IMG/VR virus record: IMGVR_UViG_2890725172_000001
Span: 46,448 to 110,447 of that record
Source: a virus
Taxonomy: Duplodnaviria > Caudoviricetes
Length of the DNA: 64,000 nucleotides
Direction: 5' to 3' (one strand)
In this document: positions 42,911 through 52,234 of the stretch, piece by piece
How the letters are laid out: the number at the start of each line of letters is the position of its first letter
How positions within the stretch are numbered: the stretch's first letter is position 1
Notes under the pieces: generated by a model
Told to the model about the DNA's origin: nothing
What the model saw: the letters and a program-made list of their open reading frames with translations, nothing else
Database searches by the model: none
Program-made: the position numbers and the translations under genes

Positions 42911-44052
42911 AGTGTGATGTCCTGCATCGATGCGGCCTTCCAGCCGTCCGAACCGGGGACGCATTTCTGGTTGAGGCGGGGCATGGTGGTGTCGGAGGTG
43001 GCGTAGTCCTCGCGGGCGTTGCGGGCGAGCTTGACGTCGGTGAGGAACATGGAGTTGCCCACGGCGGCCGAGCCGTAGGAACGCAGCCGGTGGTCGGCCG
43101 CGACGATCATCCAGACTCCGTGCGCGTCCTTGGGGACGGCGCGGCCCTTGATCTTGATGGGCTGGCCGGGGGTCAGGATGATGTCACCGGCGAGCGTGGC
43201 GCTGGCCCCGACCCATTCCGAGGTCGAGATGGTGTGCGCGTCGAGCTGGTAGTTGAGGTCTTCCATGTTGTCGGCGCGGGTGTAGCCCAGCACGTCGTGC
43301 CGGGCCTTACTGTCGTCGGCGTTCTTGCTCTTGATCATCTTTCCGGTCTGGTGGTCGACGCCGTGGATCGCCCGCCGGTACTGCCGTCCCTGCTGGGGCA
43401 TGTCGGCGCCGACGTCGGCCTGGAACCGCAGCACGTCAGTGGGCAGGTTCGGGTCCTTGTGCACGTCGTATTCCGGCATCACGATGCCCTTACCGGCGCT
43501 CCACGCGGCGACGTCGACGAAATAGAGGACGGCGTTTTCGACCCAGAACTTCCGGCCGGACTCCTTGGCGCGGCGGGTGAGGAACGCCATGTCGCTCTCG
43601 CCGTCCTGGAGCAGCCACTCGTGGACCTTGGACGTCTTGTGCACCACGCTGGACAGGCCGTACTGCTTGGCGATCTCGCGGGCGATGGCTGAGTCGGACA
43701 TCTTGAGCCACGTCTTGCGCCGCTGGTCGGTCAGCAGGTGCCCGGTCCCCACCATCAGGTAGTTGATTTCCACGTTGCCGTTACGGTCCGGCGCGCTGGA
43801 ATCGAATTGCGGGTGGTGGATATAGCCGAACCAGGTCTCATTGCCGGTCGGCTTGGTTCCCCAGTTCACCTGAATTAAGGAATCCTCTTTGAGGATCTTG
43901 GGGTTCTTCACCTGATGGTAGGCATGGTGGACGCGCGCCGACATGATGGTGTTCTCACCGAGGCGCTGCTGTACCCGCAGATCCATCGGCCCGGGATTGA
44001 TGATCCTGCCCTGCGCGTCCCGCAGCTCGAAAAATACCCTACGCCAATACAT
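42907..44052 (-). CDS. baseplate hub / late control D protein
   Basis: S.IA.EIAK.YGL, Q.GESD.AFL.RRAKE.G, G...L.PG. Confidence 0.85.
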   Translation of the reverse strand: MYWRRVFFELRDAQGRIINPGPMDLRVQQRLGENTIMSARVHHAYHQVKNPKILKEDSLIQVNWGTKPTGNETWFGYIHHPQFDSSAPDRNGNVEINYLMVGTGHLLTDQRRKTWLKMSDSAIAREIAKQYGLSSVVHKTSKVHEWLLQDGESDMAFLTRRAKESGRKFWVENAVLYFVDVAAWSAGKGIVMPEYDVHKDPNLPTDVLRFQADVGADMPQQGRQYRRAIHGVDHQTGKMIKSKNADDSKARHDVLGYTRADNMEDLNYQLDAHTISTSEWVGASATLAGDIILTPGQPIKIKGRAVPKDAHGVWMIVAADHRLRSYGSAAVGNSMFLTDVKLARNAREDYATSDTTMPRLNQKCVPGSDGWKAASMQDITL

Positions 44053-44308
44053 ATGGCAGCCGGATGACTTGGCCCGGACGGATGTCGAACGGGTCGAGGA
44101 TTTCGGGATTGGCGTCGAGGATCATCCACCAAAGGGTGACGTCCTTCAGGTACTCCGACGCCAGCGTGTCCCACCGGTCCTTCTCCGACATCTGGTGGAA
44201 CGTGAACCGGATGACGCCTTCCGGCGGGGTGCGCAGATCCCGGCCGTACAGGATTCCCGGCCGGAAGGACGTCTTGACCGGCTGCATGTTCTCGTAACGC
44301 GATGCCAT
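44039..44308 (-). CDS. LysM/tail-X-like baseplate protein
   Basis: DRWDTLA..Y....LWW.I.DANP...PGQVIRLP. Confidence 0.85.
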   Translation of the reverse strand: MASRYENMQPVKTSFRPGILYGRDLRTPPEGVIRFTFHQMSEKDRWDTLASEYLKDVTLWWMILDANPEILDPFDIRPGQVIRLPYVLA

Positions 44309-44310
44309 GG

Positions 44311-44988
44311 TCAGTCCCTCCGGGTCCGGAGAATGAAGAGGTCGTCGAGAATTCCGCCCGGATTACTCTGAACTCCCGGCTGGAGAACACCGCCGCCACC
44401 GGTGTCCACACCTGCGCCATTGAAAACCGTTTTCGGCATGAGCTTGATGCCGACGTCCAGCTGGGCGCGAATCGGAACCTGGGCGTAATTGAAAATGGTG
44501 TAGTTCATCGACAGGGACTCGATGACGCCGAAGAACTTCAAAGGGCTCGTCGTGGCCAGCACGATGTCCACCGGCGCGAAAAGCATGATGCCCGTCGTCG
44601 ACCCGGACAGGGTTCCGCCGGAAACCGTCTCGTACAATCCGACGACGGCTTTGGCCACTTCCATGTCAATCTCGACACCCTTGGGAATGGATCCCTCGTA
44701 CACCTCATAGGTGCGGTCGAACAGCAGACTCAGGTTCAGATGCTGATTCGGGAGAACACGCATCCGTCCCTGGTCCCGCTGGTCCCACGCGTTCATGATG
44801 TTGAACGACAGATTGGTTTCCAGCCCATAGGAAGTCGACAGACCACCCGGGTTGAACAGAAAGTTGAGCTTGTACTTGCCGTCCTCGTTGCGGATATATC
44901 CGCGCCGAACGGTGATGCTGCGCCCATCGGGACCGATCGTGGCGGCCAACTTGGGGTGAATGGGGGGATTGGTTGACGGTGGCGCCAT
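44311..44988 (-). CDS. tail tube initiator protein
   Basis: FLFNP, L.LLFDRT, F.G.IESLS..YT.F...P.RA. Confidence 0.75.
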   Translation of the reverse strand: MAPPSTNPPIHPKLAATIGPDGRSITVRRGYIRNEDGKYKLNFLFNPGGLSTSYGLETNLSFNIMNAWDQRDQGRMRVLPNQHLNLSLLFDRTYEVYEGSIPKGVEIDMEVAKAVVGLYETVSGGTLSGSTTGIMLFAPVDIVLATTSPLKFFGVIESLSMNYTIFNYAQVPIRAQLDVGIKLMPKTVFNGAGVDTGGGGVLQPGVQSNPGGILDDLFILRTRRD

Positions 44989-47900
44989 TACACGCCAGCC
45001 TGAATCTTGCGGTGCACGGTAATCCTGTCGAGCTCTTCGAAGAAACGCGCGGCCAGCGCCTTCCCGGCCTGTTCGTCAACGCCGGGGCCTAGCTGGATCT
45101 GCACGCTGCCGGGGCCGAAAACGATGCCGCCACCGCCGGTGGCGGCCGAGGTCGGGACGTTCTCCCGCAGCAGCGCGTCGCGGATGGTTTCGGCCTGCTT
45201 GGCGGGCACGACCATCTCGCCCTTATGGACGACCGCCGGTTGATCAGCGGGGACGTCCCAGGCGCCCTTGTCGTACCAGCCAACCTGCTGGCTGTGGCCC
45301 CAGGCCTTGACCGGGTTGCCGTAGCGGTCGCCGATGTAACCCAGGCCCCATTTGATCTGGGTGGCCGGGTTGGTCCGCCAGTCGGATCCGGCGCTGGCCA
45401 TCTTGTCGGCGGGCAGCGACTGCGGGATGCCGTAAGCGCCCGACGACTTGTTCTTGGCCAGGTGGTTCCAGTTGGACTCGCGCTCCCACAGCTTGTCCAG
45501 AGCGGTCCATTCGCCGTCGTCCCAGCCCCGGGCGGCGGCCATCCGCTTGCCCAGGGCCCGGTTCGCCGACCTGCTGGTGTTCTTCGGCTGGGGGTTCCTG
45601 CCCTTGGTCTTCTTGCTCTTGTTGTTCTTGTTGGCCGATGCGACCCATCCGGCGCCGCCGGTGTCCGGTGCGCTGACGGACTTGTCGCCCTCGATCGCGA
45701 CACCGCGCACGGCAGGCCCGTCGTCCCGGGAGGATCCTTCACCCGAGCCGGATGAGGCGATGTCATCGCCGAGCAGCCCGATGAGGACGTCCAGCTCACT
45801 GGACCAGCCGCCCATGCTTCCGGCCAGACCTTGCAGACCTCCCGCTGTGCCGGGACCGCCGGAGCTTCCGCTGCCATCGGCCGTACCAGCCGCAGAGGAA
45901 TCGGCCGAACCGGTCGAGCCGGTCGACACGCCCCGGGGCCCGGCAGAGGAGTTGTCCCACACGTCATCACCGAGAGACGTCTCACCGCCGCCGCCACCGA
46001 GGAACCGGCGGGCGCGGAACGCCTTGGACGGCATGCCCTTGACGGTCTGGATACGCGAGCCGGTGCGCGGGGCGTGAACGTATCCGTCGCCCAGCCACAT
46101 CACCACGTGAGATCCACCGGAGCTGAAGATGAGGTCGCCCGGCTGAACATTCTTCAGCGGAACGTCGCGCCCGTTCTTATTCCGCATCTGCGTCCACGTG
46201 GTGCGGCTGATGTCAATTCCAGCACCCTGCCAGTACGCATATTGCATAAGTGACGAGCAGTCAAAGCCGAAAATGTCCTTGCCCTGCTCGATTCCGTAGC
46301 TGGGGCCCTTCTTGCCTCCGCCACCCCACGAATAAGGGAGACCCTTCTGGGAAAGCGCAGCCGCGATGACAGCACTAGCGCTTCCGCGTGCTGTCTCGGT
46401 GTTCTGCTTACCCTTGGCGTCCTTACCCTTGGTGTCTTTCTTACCGCCGGGCTTCTGGCCGTCCTTCTTCGGCGGGACGATCGGCCCGGTCACCTTGGGC
46501 ACGTTCAGAGGGGAAACCGACGACGGGGAGGCCGGGGTACCTCCCTGAGTTGTAGAATGCTGCTGCGACATCCCACCGACAGGGTCGCTGCCCGGTCCCG
46601 CCTGGAACCTGTTGAACGAATTCAACGCCTCGGTGCCGAACGTCTTCGGACGCTTGGCGATGTCCACGGGATCACCGAGCCACCAGCCGAGAATCGATTT
46701 ACCGGGATTGGACCAGAACTTGTCCCAGGCGCCGGACACCTCTCCCAGATCGCGGACGGGCCACCGGTCGATCAACTCCTTCCAGTGCTTGTTGCCGTCC
46801 GTCAGGAGTTCGTTCTGCTCCTTGAGCAGGCGAACGTATTCGGCCTGCAATTCCTTGTCCCAGCCACGTTCCTGGGCCGAGAGTTCCTTCTCGAAAGAAA
46901 GGTTGCTGTACTTGATGCCCATTCCGTCGAGGCGCTTTTTCGCCTCTTCGTGCATCGGCTTGGACGGGTCACCGGCGGCTTGCAGCCAGTATTCGGCCGT
47001 CAGGCCCTCGAAGCCCTGCTGCTGCATCTGGACGTAGGCGCGCATCGTCTCGGTGAGCGCTGCCTGTCCCTTGGCAGACAGATTGAACTGGCTCAGGTTG
47101 ACGAAGCCGGATTGGCCGCGCGCCATCGACGCCTGGAAATCCTCCGGCGTGATGCTGCTCGCCTTGTCGCCATAGGTGTGCTTCAGGAACCTCTTGGTGA
47201 ATTCACCCGTGCCGATGAACGACCCGTCCTCATTGAACAGGTCGCCCATGCCCAGGCCGATGGCCGTCTGCTGGTTGACCGGCGCGGTGAGGTAGCTGAT
47301 CGTCTCGGCCGAGTCTTCTGCGGTCATCCATGGGTTGGCCGTGGCCAGCGCACGCCAGGACCGGTCGAAGCTCTTGTCGCGAGGGTTGTCCAGGACGATG
47401 CCGCCGGAGACCTGAATACGTGCCATCTCGGCAGCCAGGGCATCTTGCGTTGAAAAGGCGCTCGCCGAGCGAGGGGCGCCGGGGTTGCCGAACGTCTGGT
47501 CGAGGAAGGCCTTGTTGCCCACCGCCGGATCACTGGTCCCCAGTCCGGCGCTATTGGCGGCGATCTCCATCAGATGCTGATTGACGCGCTGCTCGTTGCC
47601 GTATTGCGCCAAGACCTTGCCACCGGCCAGCATCCAGCTCGTGCCGGTCAGGGCCCGTGTCGACATGGCGCTGCTGGAAAATCCCGGAGACGACGGCGCT
47701 GACCCCGACGAGGCCGGAGGCATGCCGCCGTTACCACGGCCCCCGTATTGAGCACTTGGAGATGGCGGGGGAGTGGTGCCGGATCCTCCGGACGGTGGTG
47801 GTGGTGTGGACCCGCCGCTGGGGGTGCTACCGCCGGACGTGTTGTGGCCACCGTTGCTGCGACCTCCGTACTGTGAGCGGGGATTTACGCGGCTCCACCA

Positions 47901-48296
47901 GCTACCGCTCTTGCTTTTGCCCGAACCGCCAGCTGTCGTGCCTGGGAACGCGTGGTCCGTCCACGGGTCGTCCTCCTCAGGCCAAAGGCCCGGAAAGTCC
48001 CGATGGCCGCCGTTACCACGCCCCCCGTACTGCCAGGCGGAATGGGTTATGGACCCAACACCACCCGAGCGACCAGCCGCGAAGGTGGCCTTGCCGCCCT
48101 GAGCGGTGCTCTTGCCGAGCTGACTGGTGAGCGTGGTCAGCGCCTTGGTCAGCCCTTGCAGGTCCTTGGTGAGCGATCCGGAGATCACCCGGCCGAGGCT
48201 GGAGACACCGGAGTGCAGCACCTTCCAGCCGACCGCGCCACCGGCCGAGCCGGACATAGAGCCGCCGCCGAGGCTGCCGCTGAGGGCGACGCTCAA
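44988..48296 (-). CDS. tape measure protein with NlpC/P60 and lytic transglycosylase domains
   Basis: PYSWGGG..FDCSSL..PGDLIF..HV; LWERESNWN..AYGIPQ..NPATQIKWGLGYI..RYG; C-terminal HKGEMVVPA. Confidence 0.85.
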   Translation of the reverse strand: MSVALSGSLGGGSMSGSAGGAVGWKVLHSGVSSLGRVISGSLTKDLQGLTKALTTLTSQLGKSTAQGGKATFAAGRSGGVGSITHSAWQYGGRGNGGHRDFPGLWPEEDDPWTDHAFPGTTAGGSGKSKSGSWWSRVNPRSQYGGRSNGGHNTSGGSTPSGGSTPPPPSGGSGTTPPPSPSAQYGGRGNGGMPPASSGSAPSSPGFSSSAMSTRALTGTSWMLAGGKVLAQYGNEQRVNQHLMEIAANSAGLGTSDPAVGNKAFLDQTFGNPGAPRSASAFSTQDALAAEMARIQVSGGIVLDNPRDKSFDRSWRALATANPWMTAEDSAETISYLTAPVNQQTAIGLGMGDLFNEDGSFIGTGEFTKRFLKHTYGDKASSITPEDFQASMARGQSGFVNLSQFNLSAKGQAALTETMRAYVQMQQQGFEGLTAEYWLQAAGDPSKPMHEEAKKRLDGMGIKYSNLSFEKELSAQERGWDKELQAEYVRLLKEQNELLTDGNKHWKELIDRWPVRDLGEVSGAWDKFWSNPGKSILGWWLGDPVDIAKRPKTFGTEALNSFNRFQAGPGSDPVGGMSQQHSTTQGGTPASPSSVSPLNVPKVTGPIVPPKKDGQKPGGKKDTKGKDAKGKQNTETARGSASAVIAAALSQKGLPYSWGGGGKKGPSYGIEQGKDIFGFDCSSLMQYAYWQGAGIDISRTTWTQMRNKNGRDVPLKNVQPGDLIFSSGGSHVVMWLGDGYVHAPRTGSRIQTVKGMPSKAFRARRFLGGGGGETSLGDDVWDNSSAGPRGVSTGSTGSADSSAAGTADGSGSSGGPGTAGGLQGLAGSMGGWSSELDVLIGLLGDDIASSGSGEGSSRDDGPAVRGVAIEGDKSVSAPDTGGAGWVASANKNNKSKKTKGRNPQPKNTSRSANRALGKRMAAARGWDDGEWTALDKLWERESNWNHLAKNKSSGAYGIPQSLPADKMASAGSDWRTNPATQIKWGLGYIGDRYGNPVKAWGHSQQVGWYDKGAWDVPADQPAVVHKGEMVVPAKQAETIRDALLRENVPTSAATGGGGIVFGPGSVQIQLGPGVDEQAGKALAARFFEELDRITVHRKIQAGV

Positions 48297-48458
48297 GAGG
48301 TCACCGGCCTTTCCAAACGCAGCCGCCAGGCGGCGGCGTCCAAGTAGAACTGGCGTTCACGCGGGGTCATCTCCCTCACGTCAGCCAGCCGCCACCCGTC
48401 GTAGAAATGGATCAACGTCTCGTAGGTGGCGTGCAAGGAGGGGTAATCAGGACTGAAA
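48293..48458 (-). CDS. tail chaperone C-terminal extension (probably reached by +1 frameshift)
   Basis: Y..L..FY.GW.L.DVREM..RER.FY pattern; no clear start or RBS. Confidence 0.6.
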
Positions 48459-49289
48459 CAGGGCGTCCAACGTGACGGTGATCTCCTTGGACTCACCGCA
48501 GTCGGGGCAGGTCACCTTCACCTCGTCCAGGCGGGGGCCAGGACGCTGCTTGCGGATCGCCTTGAGGATGGAGGCACGGTCGGCCATGCTCATCTGCTCG
48601 CGGACGGCCTGGCGGTTCCCGACCGTGCTGTGCTCGTTGCCGTTCACGTCGGTGACCGACATCACCGTCCGCATCAGCAGCTCGGTGTCGATCTCGGCGC
48701 CGGTCTTGGCCTTGGTCTGGGAGATGGCGTCCTGGTCGGCGCCGGTCGCCATCCGCACGGTCGCCGTCCGGCCCTTGCGCAGCGGCACAGTGAGGGTGTT
48801 CTTGCCAGGCTCGTCGGAGGTGACCACGGGGATGTCGTCCAGGGACACCGACAGTTCGAACTCGCCCTGGCACTCCGGACACACCCAGCGCTCGTACTCG
48901 ATCGTGTCGCCGTAGGTCATCCGGCGGATCTCCAGGACCAAGCAGTCGCGGTCGCCGATCGTCAGCTGGTTGAGCAGCTTGTCGGTGGCCTCCAAACGGC
49001 CGAGCTTGACCACGCCGTGCTCCAGCAGCGCCGCCAGCGCTCGCTCACCCCGGCCGGAACTGGTGGCCGCCCGCGCGATGGCTTCCTCGGCCAAGCCGGT
49101 GAGCTCACGTACCTGCGCCGTGGTGATGACCGCCTCGCCGGGAACCATCAGCCCGCAAGGCAGGGTGACGACGTCAGCGGGAGGTGCCTGCATGACGGGC
49201 TGCTCGATCTGCTCGTCGAGAACCGAGCTGATGGCCGCCATGGTCCGCTGAGCGCCGAAATCCTCAGCCTCGTAAAAAGTGCCGTGCAT
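48447..49289 (-). CDS. tail assembly chaperone / T4 gp26-like hub assembly protein
   Basis: VRELTG..EE, L.IGDRD.L..IRR.TYG, CPEC and CPDC; between tube and TMP. Confidence 0.8.
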   Translation of the reverse strand: MHGTFYEAEDFGAQRTMAAISSVLDEQIEQPVMQAPPADVVTLPCGLMVPGEAVITTAQVRELTGLAEEAIARAATSSGRGERALAALLEHGVVKLGRLEATDKLLNQLTIGDRDCLVLEIRRMTYGDTIEYERWVCPECQGEFELSVSLDDIPVVTSDEPGKNTLTVPLRKGRTATVRMATGADQDAISQTKAKTGAEIDTELLMRTVMSVTDVNGNEHSTVGNRQAVREQMSMADRASILKAIRKQRPGPRLDEVKVTCPDCGESKEITVTLDALFQS

Positions 49290-49303
49290 TGTCTCTAAAA
49301 GTC

Positions 49304-49354
49304 TCCGGGTCGATAATCGATACCTATAAGAAAGGTACCGACTATCGACCCGGA
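49304..49354. terminator. hairpin downstream of the tail tube gene
   Basis: TCCGGGTCGATA...TATCGACCCGGA. Confidence 0.65.
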
Positions 49355-49368
49355 TTTATGAAGCCGAA

Positions 49369-49923
49369 TTAGGCGGCCAGCTTCACGCCGCTGTTGTTCA
49401 GGTTGTCCGCGAGAGCGAACTGGAACCCTTCGTGGACCACGGTCATCTGCTGCACGACAACCGCGTTCGCGCCAGCGTCCAAGTCGGAGAACGCGATGCT
49501 CGTAGGCCACGCGTGGTGCAACTTGAAAATCGCCATCGGCACGCCCAGACCACCCTTGGCCGGGTGGGAGTAGATGTCGATCTGAATCGTGGTCCGGAAG
49601 TCGTTCATCGAATTACCCGCAGACGGAGTATCCGTCGTGCCTTGGGTGAAGTCGAAGATCTCCGTCATCCAGTCCATGATCTGCGTACCCCCGCCGACCG
49701 CCAGTCCACGACTGAAGGTGACTGGCGGGAAGTCGCTCTGACCAGGCAACTTATGCGGGGTTGTGTTATACCCACCTTCACGGTAGGGAATAACGTCTGT
49801 CGAGATGGACAGGCCGGTGATCGACATGAAGCCCATGTTCGCCCAGCCGGAACCACGACCGACCGAGACGCGGAACTTGAAGTTCCGCAACGGGTCGGAT
49901 TCGAGCCTCTTGAGCTCAGCCAT
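49369..49923 (-). CDS. tail tube protein (T4 gp19-like)
   Basis: DPLRNFKFRV, GF..ITGL, YREGG..T.HKLPG, AWP...SDLDA, HEG. Confidence 0.93.
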   Translation of the reverse strand: MAELKRLESDPLRNFKFRVSVGRGSGWANMGFMSITGLSISTDVIPYREGGYNTTPHKLPGQSDFPPVTFSRGLAVGGGTQIMDWMTEIFDFTQGTTDTPSAGNSMNDFRTTIQIDIYSHPAKGGLGVPMAIFKLHHAWPTSIAFSDLDAGANAVVVQQMTVVHEGFQFALADNLNNSGVKLAA

Positions 49924-49939
49924 TTAAACGGCGCCTTTC

Positions 49940-51481
49940 CTAGCTAAAAGAAATGTCAGTTCCGCCGTCGTACTGGCCGAGCTTGATCACGATGAATTCG
50001 GCTGGATACCTCAAGGCGACCGCGACTTCGATGTTGACGTAACCCGCACGAATAGAGGCGGGAGGGTTCAGGTCGGCGTCACACCGAACCTGGAATGCCT
50101 CGGACTCAGTGGCTCCAGCGAGCACACCGGCGCGGGCGATCGTGCCCAAGAACTTCCCGATGACCAATTCCAACTGGGTCCACAAGTCCGGGCCGTTCGG
50201 CTCGAAAATCGCGAACCGGGAAATGTCGGTGAGCTGCTTGGTGAGCATCATCAGCGTGCGCCGGATCGGCACGTAGTGGTCCGGGTGCGTCCGCTTGAGG
50301 GTGCGGGAGCCCATGATGCAGATGCCGTGGCCAGGCACGTTGCGGATGATGTTGATGTGGGAGTCGTTGGCCTCGTCGAGCTGCGTGGCGGTGAACTTGG
50401 TCTCGGTGGCCAGCGCCGTGTCGAGCCGGGTTTCCACACCGGCCGGGGCCTTGCCGACGTGGCGCACGACGTCGTTACGCGAGTACTTACCGAGTACCGC
50501 GCCACCCGGAGGGATCAGCCGGACCGCGCCGTACAGCGACGAGGAGGTGTCCGGCACCATGATCCACGGCGCGTAGATCGCACCATGGCTGGAGGCGACG
50601 ATCGCCGAGCCGCCGGTGATCATGCCGGTGTAACCGGCCAGCACCTGCGCGGAGGTCGAACCTTCCAGCGCACGCGGGCCGTCGATCACCAACATGGCCT
50701 TGCCACGCTCGTCGGCCCACTCGATCAGCGGGTTCAGCGTCGAGGCAGCGGTGATGCCCGGCAGGTTGATGTCGTAGTTGTCATCAGAGTCGGCCAGCTG
50801 CTTGGTCGAGTTGATGTAGTCATACGGCTGCACGCCGTCCACACCAGAACCGAGGTTGGCCGTCTGGGCGGGCAGGACGTCGTTGGTGGCGTTATAGACG
50901 TAGGACTCGGTCACCTTGAGGTTGGACAACTTGATCAACCGGGAACCAGCGAACGGGCTGTTGACGATCGCCGTCACATACCGCGCGTCGGTCGGGTTGA
51001 CACTGAGGTCCTCGAAGATCTCCAGCTGCTGCGTTCCCTCAAGGACCCGCAGATTGAACCGGCCCGGGACGCCCGTGGGGACGACCTGCGCCTTCAGCGA
51101 GTTACCACCCAACCCGGGAGCCAGCGCCGTGACCTTCAACGCGGGCAAAGGCCCGTTGTTCGGGGCCCCGGCAGGTGTCGAATCAACCAGGTTGACGAAC
51201 GCCGCAACCGCGTCCGACCGCACCGCACGGATAATCGTGCACCGGCCGCCGCCATTCTTGAAAAACTGATCGACCGCGTAAGGCAGCAAACTCTGCGACG
51301 CGGTGAAACCGCCATAGATATTGTTGAACTGCGTCCAACTGGTGATCAAAGTAGGAACGGCCGGACCCTTGGCCGCGATACCAACAAAGCAGGCGATGGC
51401 CCGAGCGTCCCCGTAACCGTTACCGGTCCGTGGTGTGAGGTCTTCCTCGATGTAAACGCCGGGCGTCAAATACGTCGCCAC
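49940..51481 (-). CDS. tail sheath protein
   Basis: YLTPGVYIEE, FF.NGG, PP.G.V.G..R.D..KAPAG, G.RTL, VRR, FEPN, PAEFIV. Confidence 0.95.
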   Translation of the reverse strand: MATYLTPGVYIEEDLTPRTGNGYGDARAIACFVGIAAKGPAVPTLITSWTQFNNIYGGFTASQSLLPYAVDQFFKNGGGRCTIIRAVRSDAVAAFVNLVDSTPAGAPNNGPLPALKVTALAPGLGGNSLKAQVVPTGVPGRFNLRVLEGTQQLEIFEDLSVNPTDARYVTAIVNSPFAGSRLIKLSNLKVTESYVYNATNDVLPAQTANLGSGVDGVQPYDYINSTKQLADSDDNYDINLPGITAASTLNPLIEWADERGKAMLVIDGPRALEGSTSAQVLAGYTGMITGGSAIVASSHGAIYAPWIMVPDTSSSLYGAVRLIPPGGAVLGKYSRNDVVRHVGKAPAGVETRLDTALATETKFTATQLDEANDSHINIIRNVPGHGICIMGSRTLKRTHPDHYVPIRRTLMMLTKQLTDISRFAIFEPNGPDLWTQLELVIGKFLGTIARAGVLAGATESEAFQVRCDADLNPPASIRAGYVNIEVAVALRYPAEFIVIKLGQYDGGTDISFS

Positions 51482-51510
51482 AGACTACTCTCCTAGCAAG
51501 GCGGCACGCC

Positions 51511-52140
51511 TCACGTGTAATCGATCTCGAAATCTGAGAGAAGGCGGGTCTTTTCCCGGTTGTAGATCGTGCCGCCAACGTGATCCGGAAAGGACAACTG
51601 CTCGATGTCCCACGGGTAGAACTCCGAAGCGATCCGGACCGTGTAGAGAATCTCAAAAAGCCGCTTACCGTCATCGTCCACCGACCGGCCGAACTGCGGC
51701 CCGCCGATCACGTCCAGCGACGCCACCATGTCCCGGCTGGTGATCTCCAGAAACCCGCTCGTCTGCGGCAGCCGGTCGAATTTCGCCAGCGCACCTGCGA
51801 GCTCGATCTGATGACTACGCAAACGGGTGAGGACCCGCACCGAATAATCCAGGTCATAAGGATCGGGGAAAGGCGCGTACCAGCCCCAGCGAGCCCCCTC
51901 CTCGGGGAGCACGCCACCTTCCGGCCCCGCGTCCACCCGGACCGTCCCACGATGCATGCGATCGGTCGCCAGCTCCGCGCCGACGTGCTCGATCACGATC
52001 ATCGGATAGTCCATCGACGGCGCCTCCACCTCCGGATACATGAATCGCACCGGAACCGGGATCACGCCGTTCGCATGCGAAACCGTGAGACCAGAAAGAT
52101 GCGCCTGAAAGGCTTCATCCTCGTTAAGGATCCACGGCAT
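51511..52140 (-). CDS. tail terminator/completion protein
   Basis: Immediately upstream of the sheath; YP.IVI..DR..P.P..LDY.V pattern. Confidence 0.6.
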   Translation of the reverse strand: MPWILNEDEAFQAHLSGLTVSHANGVIPVPVRFMYPEVEAPSMDYPMIVIEHVGAELATDRMHRGTVRVDAGPEGGVLPEEGARWGWYAPFPDPYDLDYSVRVLTRLRSHQIELAGALAKFDRLPQTSGFLEITSRDMVASLDVIGGPQFGRSVDDDGKRLFEILYTVRIASEFYPWDIEQLSFPDHVGGTIYNREKTRLLSDFEIDYT

Positions 52141-52234
52141 CCGCTTCGAATTCCCCTGCTAATCGGAAAGAGACATTTCTCTATTCCAACTGTAGAGGTC
52201 ACAAATGCTTAGATATTAAATTCTCGGCCCGGAA

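Noticed and set aside
39988-51481. Stand-alone contractile injection system (tailocin/eCIS)
   Set aside because: Terminase, portal and capsid genes are contiguous with it, so this is a phage tail
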